Source: Armatimonadota bacterium
GTDB taxonomy: Bacteria > Armatimonadota > HRBIN16
Direction: 5' to 3'
NCBI GenBank assembly: GCA_963677485.1
Contig: OY781964.1
Location: 4,480,001-4,544,000 of the forward strand
Length of the DNA: 64,000 bases
The position numbers and the translations under genes are program-made. This document shows, piece by piece, positions 19,901 to 28,112 of the stretch. Under the pieces are notes generated by a model, which was not told the origin of the DNA, did no database searches, and saw only the letters and a program-made list of their open reading frames with translations. Every line of letters begins with the position of its first letter. The first letter of the stretch is position 1.

Positions 19901-21560
19901 CTAAGGCGGCTTAGCCGCAACCAAAAAAGGAATGATTGCATTCGCCACGTAATATACATTCAAACACCCTTTCGTGAGGTTGCCCAGAATGACATCACTT
20001 CAAGAACGCTATGCAAAGCAGATAGCTGGGGTATATTCATGCTTCGACCGCATAGTTATCACCGGTACAATCCCAGGCTGGTGTCATAGCGACGGAATGG
20101 GCATCTATCTTCATCAACGCAACATCAGGCTATTTGACTTTCCTAAGGAATTTGCCGAACCTCTACGAGATGAGATCAAAGCCAATGCGGAACGCCTTGC
20201 CGTTACCAACAGCATTGAAATTGAGTATATACGCCGTGCCTCTTCATTTCGAAAAGAAGACCGCATCAAAGAGATCATTAGTAGTCGAGGGTGTCACCCC
20301 GGTCTCGTCCACATATTCTCAGTGTTGGAAAAATGTCCTGCATACACCCCGTGGCACGACAAGATTACCCACAAAACCCGGCTGAATATCAAGGAGACCA
20401 AGTGTCTTCATTACTACTTCTATTTCATCGATGCAGAGTTTGGACTGTGCTATCTACGAGTTCCGACCTGGGTGCCCTTCCGTCTGCAATTCTATTGTAA
20501 TGGACACAATTATCTCGCGCATTGCCTTCAATCCGAGGGAGTAGTTTTCACTCCACTGGACAACGCCTTTGTAAAAATCGACGACTTTAGCTGTGCTCAG
20601 AGGCTGGCAGACGCTTTTCCTGCTGATAAGCTGCACCATGCGCTGGATGCATTTGCCAGAATGTATTGCCCCGTGATACGGCTTGCTGACAATTCATATC
20701 ATTGGTCGCTAATGCAGGTGGAATATGCTACAGACATCGTGTTCAAACGCGCCGAAGACCTCAAAGCCATCTACGATAATCTAGTCAAAACAGCGATACA
20801 TACGGTAACGCCAGAGTCTATCGCGATGTTTCTTGGTAAGAAACTTGATGGGCGAACACTCGCTGAGATCGGCACTGACTACAAGTTCGATCGCCGCATA
20901 CAAGGCACGCGCATCAAACACTACATGGGATGGGCTTCTATCAAAATGTATGACAAGCAAGGGATAATCTTGCGTATCGAGACGACTGTGAATGACGTCT
21001 CTGAATTTAAACACTACCGTGAGGTAGAACATCATGATGGGACGACTGAGATTAAATACGCCCCTATGCAAAAGACCATCTACAGCCTTCCTCCATTGAG
21101 GGAACTGTTATTATCTGCAAACAACAGATATCTTGACTTTCTTTCCGCCCTTGATGACAACAGCGATGGTGAACATCAGATCATCAAAATCGCGACCTCG
21201 ACCACCCGTGATCATCGCTCGTATCGAGGATTCAACCTTTTCCTCAAGAAGGATTTGGAATGTCTCATTGCACTTGCTCGCGGAGAGGGATGCATCAGCG
21301 GGATCACAAACCGTATGCTTCAAAAAGCCTTACCGCAGATGTCCAGCTCTCAGATATCATACTTCATCAAGCGATGCCGAGTATTCCGGCTCGTTAAAAA
21401 ATGCGGTAAACGCTACAAATACTACCTCACTGCACTTGGCAAGCGTATCATCATGGCAGCACTTGCTATTCGCCAGATCGTTGTGCCTAACGCTTTGTGT
21501 GGTGCGTAATATCAGAATATTCTATACACCGTGTTCAAAATATGGTTGGTAAGATACTAA
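19901..21560 (+). mobile_element. Candidate IS-like element without terminal inverted repeats
   Basis: CTAA at both ends (19901-04, 21557-60), left hairpin GCGGC-TTA-GCCGC, one ORF, AT-richer composition by eye. Removing it rejoins a promoter to gene 19824. Confidence 0.55.
19989..21509 (+). CDS. Putative transposase: Rep_trans-like core (IKMYDK...LRIETT) plus C-terminal winged HTH
   Basis: 506 aa with CFDR, HYYFYF.D..FG, NGH, EYATD, KMYDK..LRIETTVND and a wHTH-like end KYYLTALG. Resembles a family I recall being auto-annotated as 'MarR regulator'. Confidence 0.6.
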   Translation: MTSLQERYAKQIAGVYSCFDRIVITGTIPGWCHSDGMGIYLHQRNIRLFDFPKEFAEPLRDEIKANAERLAVTNSIEIEYIRRASSFRKEDRIKEIISSRGCHPGLVHIFSVLEKCPAYTPWHDKITHKTRLNIKETKCLHYYFYFIDAEFGLCYLRVPTWVPFRLQFYCNGHNYLAHCLQSEGVVFTPLDNAFVKIDDFSCAQRLADAFPADKLHHALDAFARMYCPVIRLADNSYHWSLMQVEYATDIVFKRAEDLKAIYDNLVKTAIHTVTPESIAMFLGKKLDGRTLAEIGTDYKFDRRIQGTRIKHYMGWASIKMYDKQGIILRIETTVNDVSEFKHYREVEHHDGTTEIKYAPMQKTIYSLPPLRELLLSANNRYLDFLSALDDNSDGEHQIIKIATSTTRDHRSYRGFNLFLKKDLECLIALARGEGCISGITNRMLQKALPQMSSSQISYFIKRCRVFRLVKKCGKRYKYYLTALGKRIIMAALAIRQIVVPNALCGA

Positions 21561-21588
21561 TTATGTATCATGGTGCACACAATGTCAA
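21560..21588 (-). promoter_or_regulatory. Near-consensus sigma70 promoter pointing into the element
   Basis: TTGACA (21588-83)-N17-CATAAT (21565-60) on the minus strand. Confidence 0.65.
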
Positions 21589-21729
21589 CTGGTATTGGTG
21601 AATTAAACACATAATTCCAACCTATATCGAAATAACGGGATGAATGTGGCATGAAAAACATATGGGTGAGACGGAGCGCCACTGAACCAGCTACAATAAT
21701 GTGTAGAGTCAGATCATTTGGGGGTTCAT

Positions 21730-21939
21730 ATGCAGTATTTTGGGTATCTCTTATACATACTTGGTATAGCGGTTTTAATTATGCTTGCCATACAATCTGT
21801 TCAGTCGGTTAAGCGGTTGCAGAAACGCATTCGTGACTATAATGAGAACGAGCGTGATCAGGTTGAGCGCAACCCGTATCAAGCGTTAGCGGATCTTGAG
21901 GCTGAGCGTGACGAGGAAGACAGCAAAAAAAAGCGCTAG
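21730..21939 (+). CDS. Small single-TM protein
   Basis: N-terminal TM helix and charged helical tail. Confidence 0.55.
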   Translation: MQYFGYLLYILGIAVLIMLAIQSVQSVKRLQKRIRDYNENERDQVERNPYQALADLEAERDEEDSKKKR

Positions 21940-22652
21940 CCACGATGTTTCCACATTTCGTCAAGGCGTACGAACTCGTAGCCGCGTTCTCTGGCAGCCG
22001 CAACAAAAGTCGGTAGTGCCTGCATAGTGGCCCTCACTTTTTCATGCAGCAGTATGACCCCGCCGTTGCGTGTCGTATGCAGTAACCGTTGGGTAATGAC
22101 TTCGGCGGAGGGCTGTTCGTAGTCTGCAGGGTCCTGGCTCCATAAGGCCATTATGCTTTGCTGCTGGGCGCAGGCTGCGGCTACCTGTGGCGTGAACTCG
22201 CCACCGGGAGGGCGCATAAATACCGGCCGTTTACCAGTCGCTCGCTCTATTGCTTTGGCTCCTTGTTGAATTTCCCACACCACCATCTCTTTGGGTATAC
22301 GCGCCATCCGCAGGTGGTAATAGCTGTGGTTCTCCACCTCATGACCATCAGCCACCATTTGTTGAACCAGGTCAGGGTGCTTATCCACCTTTTCGCCGAT
22401 CACAAAAAAAGTCGCTTTGATTCCTACTGATTTCAGAGTGTTCAAAAGCCTTGCGGTCAGAATAGGTTCAGGACCGTCATCGAATGTCAGTGCGAGTTGT
22501 TTGCGTCTTGATGAACCGCGCATGATGGCAGGGCATCCTATGCCTCGAGTGCTCTCAGGTAGGGTGATGCCTTCTCCCATTTCGGCGTGACTTGCTTTAG
22601 ATATCAACAGCGGGGCTGACAGGATGAACTTTAATAGATCACGACGGGTCAT
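21936..22652 (-). CDS. Polysaccharide deacetylase (CE4/NodB) with Tat-like signal
   Basis: LTFDDGP, NHSYYH, RPPGG, ILLHE motifs; N-terminal TRRDLLK. Confidence 0.9.
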   Translation of the reverse strand: MTRRDLLKFILSAPLLISKASHAEMGEGITLPESTRGIGCPAIMRGSSRRKQLALTFDDGPEPILTARLLNTLKSVGIKATFFVIGEKVDKHPDLVQQMVADGHEVENHSYYHLRMARIPKEMVVWEIQQGAKAIERATGKRPVFMRPPGGEFTPQVAAACAQQQSIMALWSQDPADYEQPSAEVITQRLLHTTRNGGVILLHEKVRATMQALPTFVAAARERGYEFVRLDEMWKHRG

Positions 22653-23784
22653 TGATAATCTCCTCATCAAGGGGTAGCGGCATATAAAAACTGTCACGTT
22701 CTACCGGTATGCGATGGGCCTGACGGACTAGGCGCACCATCTTATAATAACTGAGTCCCTGCTCGTTGTCTTGTGGACGATCATCCGAATAGGTGATTTC
22801 GTAGCGCAGCACGGTGCCATCCATGTCGTCAGCTCCATACCAGAGGGCTGTTTGACTGACTTCCGGCGTATTCATCACCCAGAAAGTCTTGATGTGGCTG
22901 ATATTGTCCAGCATGAGACGACTTACCGCGATCATCTTTAAGTCATCAATGCCCGATGTGTGGGGAAGACTCGACAGCAAAGTGTCTTCGGGATGGAATG
23001 CCAGAGGGGTAAATGTGACGATGTGGTGGCACTCGTCTTGAAGCTCCCGGAGGAACAGAAGGTGGTCTACCCGCTCTTGTATGGTCTCTATGTGACCATA
23101 CAGCATCGTGGCATATTGCGTCAGCCCGGCTTTAGCCACGCATCGGCTGACCTCTTTCCATTGGTCTGAATTCAGTTTGTTCGGAAAAAGCGTGTCGTGA
23201 ACGCGCCGGCTGCTGACCTCTATGCCGCCGCCAGGAATGCTGCTCAAGCCGTGAACCTTTAGGTCTTCAAGTGTATCCAGCAGTGACAACCCTGAGATTT
23301 GCGCCATATGTTGAAGTTCCACAGCCGTAAAAGCCTTGATGTGGCAGCCAGGCAGTGCTTCTTTAACGGTATCGAGTAACCCAATGTAATATCCGTAGGG
23401 TAGAGCTTTGTTGATCCCACCCACGATATGCACTTCGGTGATCCGTTCGCCTCTGTACGCCAGTATCCGGTTTTTTACAGCTTCATAATCGAGGGTATAT
23501 GGTTGAGGTCCATTCCTGCGGCTGTAAAAACTGCAGAACCGGCAGCCATTAGAACAAATGTTTGTGTAGTTGATGTGGAGGTTTCTTACGAAATAGGTGT
23601 TAGCTCCGTGCCTCAGCTCGCGTTGGGCGTTGGCTAGCTGGCCAAGGCCGTTAAGGTCATCGGTTTGAAACAGCTTGACACCGTCCTCCGATGACAGCCG
23701 TTCACCGCTCTCCAGTTTCGATGAAATCTGTATGAGCTCGGGGTCCTTCAGAACTATTTGAGATCCATGATTGGTTTTTGCCAC
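22639..23784 (-). CDS. mqnE: Aminofutalosine synthase, radical SAM (CofH/MqnE family)
   Basis: TNICSNGCRFCSF, HIKAFTAVE, PGGG.E, ATMLYGHIET, HIKTFWVM motifs. Confidence 0.85.
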   Translation of the reverse strand: MAKTNHGSQIVLKDPELIQISSKLESGERLSSEDGVKLFQTDDLNGLGQLANAQRELRHGANTYFVRNLHINYTNICSNGCRFCSFYSRRNGPQPYTLDYEAVKNRILAYRGERITEVHIVGGINKALPYGYYIGLLDTVKEALPGCHIKAFTAVELQHMAQISGLSLLDTLEDLKVHGLSSIPGGGIEVSSRRVHDTLFPNKLNSDQWKEVSRCVAKAGLTQYATMLYGHIETIQERVDHLLFLRELQDECHHIVTFTPLAFHPEDTLLSSLPHTSGIDDLKMIAVSRLMLDNISHIKTFWVMNTPEVSQTALWYGADDMDGTVLRYEITYSDDRPQDNEQGLSYYKMVRLVRQAHRIPVERDSFYMPLPLDEEIINDPS

Positions 23785-23958
23785 AATGTTAAGATACTAT
23801 TCATTGCATTATGTTTCAATACAGACTGATCGCAATGCTCTGCACGGTAAAAAGCGCCGCATATAGACATATCTCCCCTATAACGAACCCGAACAGCCTA
23901 TTTATGTTAAAATGTATTACTAAATCCGTAATTTACTGCACGAGAGAGGGTATCAGAA

Positions 23959-24978
23959 ATGGCAAAAACATACAATGTCGCTGTGGTTGGGGCCACCGGT
24001 GCTGTGGGCATCGAATTCTTGAAGCTAATCAAAGATCGTCATTTCCCAATAGGGGAGCTGCGTCTTTTGGCTAGCTCTCGCAGCGCTGGCAAGACGCTCG
24101 AGTTCGATGGTCAGCAGATCACCATTGGCGAGACCACTAAAGATAGTTTCTCAGGTGTGGACATAGCTTTCTTTTCGGCTGGTGGTGGACGATCTCTTGA
24201 GTTCGCTCCTGCAGCCGCTGAAGCTGGCGCTATTGTAGTTGATAATAGCTCAGCATACCGCATGGACCCTACAGTACCATTGATCGTGCCTGAGATCAAC
24301 ATGGAAGATGCCAAAGTAAACCATGGTATCATCGCAAACCCGAACTGTTCGACGATTATCATGCTGATGGCTGTCGGCCCCATTCACAAGAAGTGGCCAG
24401 TCAAGCGGATCATCGTGAGCACCTATCAAAGCACAAGTGGAGCCGGTGCCGCTGGAATGGAAGAGCTGGTCAACCAGACTCATGCCTATCTGAACGGCGA
24501 CCCGATCACACCAAAAGTTTTCCCGCATCAAATCGCATTCAACCTGTTCAGCCATAACACGAAAATCAACGAGTATGGCTACAACGAAGAAGAGTGGAAG
24601 ATGGTCTGCGAGACACAGAAGATCCTGCATGTCGCGGACATGGCAGTGACAGCCACCTGTGTCCGGGTACCAATTCTGCGTGCGCACTCTGAGAGCATCA
24701 ACATCGAATTTGAAGGCGAGCGGCCAAGCGTAGAGCAAATTCGAGCATTGATCGACGAATCAGCAGGAGTTGAAGTGGTTGATGATGCTGCGATGAACCA
24801 CTTCCCAATGCCTCTGGAAGCCAGCGGCAAATACGACGTATTAGTGGGCCGCATCCGACACGACATCAGCAACGCAAAGGCTGTTGACCTGTTTGTCAGC
24901 GGTGACCAGTTGCTGAAGGGTGCCGCATTGAACGGCATACAGATCGCAGAAGGTATGATCCAGCAAGGCTGGATCTAA
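23959..24978 (+). CDS. asd: Aspartate-semialdehyde dehydrogenase
   Basis: GATGAVG, ANPNCST, STYQSTSGAG, CVRVP..RAHS, LLKGAALN motifs. Confidence 0.95.
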   Translation: MAKTYNVAVVGATGAVGIEFLKLIKDRHFPIGELRLLASSRSAGKTLEFDGQQITIGETTKDSFSGVDIAFFSAGGGRSLEFAPAAAEAGAIVVDNSSAYRMDPTVPLIVPEINMEDAKVNHGIIANPNCSTIIMLMAVGPIHKKWPVKRIIVSTYQSTSGAGAAGMEELVNQTHAYLNGDPITPKVFPHQIAFNLFSHNTKINEYGYNEEEWKMVCETQKILHVADMAVTATCVRVPILRAHSESINIEFEGERPSVEQIRALIDESAGVEVVDDAAMNHFPMPLEASGKYDVLVGRIRHDISNAKAVDLFVSGDQLLKGAALNGIQIAEGMIQQGWI

Positions 24979-24998
24979 AAAAGGCATAGGAGAGGATA

Positions 24999-25892
24999 AT
25001 GGCGATGAAAACAGGCTGGGGATATGTTCTGACCGCAATGGTGACACCAATGTACGACGATGGTCGCGTGAATTATGACGAAGCCGCGGCGTTGGCGAAA
25101 CATCTGGTCAAACACGGATCGACTGGCCTGGTGGTTTCCGGTACAACAGGGGAATCGCCCACTCTCAGTAACGAAGAAAAGATTGCGATGTTCAAAACCG
25201 TAAAAAGCGCGATTGGCGATACAGTGCCAATGGTGTGCGGAACCAGCAGTTATAACACCGCTGAGTCGGTTGAAATGACGCGCGAAGCGGTAAAGGTTGG
25301 AGCTGATGGCATTCTGGCAGTCGCTCCATACTATAATCGCCCAGACCAGGAAGGCGTATATCAGCATTTCAAAGCCATCGCACAGGCATGCAGCCTGCCG
25401 GTGGTGGTGTACAACATACCTGGTCGCTGCGGTATCAATGTGGATGTTCAGACGATGTGCCGTCTGGCCGAACTGCCCAATATTGCCGCCATCAAGGAGG
25501 CGAGTGGGAACTTGACACAGATCATGGATGTCTGTGCTCAGCTCAGCTCGGTAGTGGATGTATACAGCGGAGATGACGCTGCGACGCTGCCCGTGATGTC
25601 GTTAGGCGGTGCTGGAATCATCAGCGTCGTCAGCCACATCGCAGGCGACGAACTAAAGGCGATGTGTCAAGCTTTCGCTAACAATGATGTTCTGAAGGCC
25701 CAGCAGCTTCACAATCGACTGCTGCCACTGGTGAAGGCCATGTTCTGCACCAGTAACCCTGTACCAACTAAATACGCACTTAATGTGCTAGGGCACCAAG
25801 TCGGCGGAACAAGATTGCCGCTGGTTGGTCCCAACGAAGCCTGTCAGCAAAAGATACTGACGGCAATGAGGAGTTTTGGACTATCAGTATGA
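24999..25892 (+). CDS. dapA: 4-hydroxy-tetrahydrodipicolinate synthase
   Basis: GTTGESPTL, YNIPGR, IKEASG, YSGDD motifs. Confidence 0.95.
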   Translation: MAMKTGWGYVLTAMVTPMYDDGRVNYDEAAALAKHLVKHGSTGLVVSGTTGESPTLSNEEKIAMFKTVKSAIGDTVPMVCGTSSYNTAESVEMTREAVKVGADGILAVAPYYNRPDQEGVYQHFKAIAQACSLPVVVYNIPGRCGINVDVQTMCRLAELPNIAAIKEASGNLTQIMDVCAQLSSVVDVYSGDDAATLPVMSLGGAGIISVVSHIAGDELKAMCQAFANNDVLKAQQLHNRLLPLVKAMFCTSNPVPTKYALNVLGHQVGGTRLPLVGPNEACQQKILTAMRSFGLSV

Positions 25893-27577
25893 CGGAACCA
25901 CGTGTGAATACCGGAAACCTTGAGATTATCCCATTAGGTGGGGCTTCTGAAATCGGGAAGAACCTCACCCTGATACGATACGGTGAGGCGATGATCGCGG
26001 TAGACTGCGGCGTCGCCTTTCCTTATGATGAGCTGTATGGCGTTGATATCGTAGTGCCTGATATCAGCTTTCTGCGGGACAACCGCAGCCAATTCCTCGG
26101 CATATTCCTGACGCATGGACACGAAGACCACATCGGCGGACTGTCGTTCGTGTTGAAGGAGTTCGATGTTCCCGTGTATGGCAGCCGACTGACCATGGGG
26201 CTGGTTCGCTCGAAATTGCGCGAGTATATGGACGTTGAAAAACTGCGCTTGATTGAATTCAGTCCTGACCAGGTTGTGAAGAAGGGGCCGTTCAGTGTGG
26301 AGCCTATACGCGTCACACACTCCATTCCTGAGACGGTGGCTTATAACATCGAAACACCTGCGGGTCGGCTGGTATACGTCAGTGACTTCAAAATCGACCA
26401 TACACCAGTCGATGAGTGGTATTTTGACAGCGCACGGTTTGCGGCACTGGGTGAAGAGGGCGTCTTAGCCATGGTTTCTGACAGCACTAATGCTGAACAA
26501 CCAGGTTACAGTCCGTCTGAGATTGAAGTCGGCGAAACACTTGAGGGCATCATACGAAATGCACCTGGACGGGTGATCATTTCTATGTTTGCATCGAGTA
26601 TCCATCGAATGCAGCAGATTCTAGACAGGGCAGCCCAATTCAAGCGCAAAGTTGCGGTATTTGGCCGCAGTATGCAAAACAACCTTGATATCTCCATCCA
26701 AATGGGCTATATCAATGTGCCTGATGATACCTTGATTAACGGTGACACCATAGACCATTACCAAATGGATGAGATGGTCGTCATGTGTACAGGCAGCCAG
26801 GGGGAACCACTTTCGGCATTATCGCGTATATCTAAAGAGGAATACCGGATGTTGCGGATCGTACCGGGTGACACTGTCATTTTGGCTGCTTCACCTATTC
26901 CAGGCAACGAGGGGCTGATCTGGCGCACTGTCAACCGCTTGTTCCGTCAGGGTGCTAATGTGATCTACCCGCCAAAAGCGGCGGTTCACGCCTCCGGACA
27001 CGGCTCTCAAGAAGAGCTGAAGATGCTGATATCGCTGGTCCAACCGCAATATCTGATCCCCCTACACGGTGAGCCGAGAATGCTAAACAGTTACCGTGAG
27101 ATGGCTGTTAAGATGGGATACGACACCGAATGTGTGTTCCCTCTGGAAAACGGTGACGTGCTTTCATTGAATGAACAGCAAGCTGGAATTGTGGATCATG
27201 TCAAAGTGGGCAAGATACTTATTGATGTCGGCCGCACATCGGAAGTCAGTTCGGTCATACTGAAGGAACGGAAACGGCTGGCGAATGATGGTGTGATCAG
27301 CATCAGCGTGAGCATCGACTCTGAGCTGGGCAGCTTCGTATCTGGTCCGAACATAGACATCATGGGGCTGGCCATCAGTGAATCCGACAAACTGCAGTTC
27401 ATAAATGAGACCGCTGCCGCTGTGGTGAAATGCCTTGACAAAGAGGCTGACTACAACGAAGGCGACGAGATCAACCTGCTTCAACTTAAGGAGAATGTGC
27501 GTATTACGGTATTACAGGTGGCCAAACGGCGCCTCAAGCGTAAACCCGTGGTGATCGCACAACTTATGCCTGTTTAA
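25889..27577 (+). CDS. rnj: Ribonuclease J
   Basis: PLGG..EIGKN, THGHEDHIG, THSIP, GSQGEP, HASGH motifs. Confidence 0.95.
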   Translation: MTEPRVNTGNLEIIPLGGASEIGKNLTLIRYGEAMIAVDCGVAFPYDELYGVDIVVPDISFLRDNRSQFLGIFLTHGHEDHIGGLSFVLKEFDVPVYGSRLTMGLVRSKLREYMDVEKLRLIEFSPDQVVKKGPFSVEPIRVTHSIPETVAYNIETPAGRLVYVSDFKIDHTPVDEWYFDSARFAALGEEGVLAMVSDSTNAEQPGYSPSEIEVGETLEGIIRNAPGRVIISMFASSIHRMQQILDRAAQFKRKVAVFGRSMQNNLDISIQMGYINVPDDTLINGDTIDHYQMDEMVVMCTGSQGEPLSALSRISKEEYRMLRIVPGDTVILAASPIPGNEGLIWRTVNRLFRQGANVIYPPKAAVHASGHGSQEELKMLISLVQPQYLIPLHGEPRMLNSYREMAVKMGYDTECVFPLENGDVLSLNEQQAGIVDHVKVGKILIDVGRTSEVSSVILKERKRLANDGVISISVSIDSELGSFVSGPNIDIMGLAISESDKLQFINETAAAVVKCLDKEADYNEGDEINLLQLKENVRITVLQVAKRRLKRKPVVIAQLMPV

Positions 27578-27594
27578 AATCTAGCAAGAGGTGA

Positions 27595-28080
27595 ATGTGC
27601 ATGAATAACAAAACGCGTGACCTGTTACGCCGTATAGAACTGGAGATGCAGCGCATGACTGACGAAGGAATTGCTGCCTGTTTTGATCCCCAATCATCGT
27701 CATCTCGGTTTTGGCAGCCAAAGGTTGATGTCACGGAGACTACGGGCTCGTATTACGTAAAGGCGGAACTGTCTGGCGTAAATCCCGAAGATATTGATGT
27801 TTCGCTCGCTCCAGATGGACGGTTTGTGACCATATCGGGATGCCGGAACGAGAACAAAAATAACGCAGAGCCCAGAACGAGCTGCCATCAACTGGAAATC
27901 TATTTTGGGCCGTTTGAGCGACGTGTGGCTCTGCCAGTGCAACAATCCATTGACAGAGACCGGATTTCGGCAAGGTATCGAGAGGGCTTTCTGATCATCG
28001 AGCTTCCAAAAGTGGAGCAGGTTGAAGAAGAGACCCACAAGATACCAATAATTGAACTGACAGAACTGAACGAGGATTAA
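27595..28080 (+). CDS. Hsp20/alpha-crystallin small heat-shock protein
   Basis: P.VDV.ET, EI.FGPFER, A.Y..G.L.I.LPK motifs. Confidence 0.9.
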   Translation: MCMNNKTRDLLRRIELEMQRMTDEGIAACFDPQSSSSRFWQPKVDVTETTGSYYVKAELSGVNPEDIDVSLAPDGRFVTISGCRNENKNNAEPRTSCHQLEIYFGPFERRVALPVQQSIDRDRISARYREGFLIIELPKVEQVEEETHKIPIIELTELNED

Positions 28081-28112
28081 TCTCTCATTCTGGGCGCGGT
28101 TGGTGTGCCACT

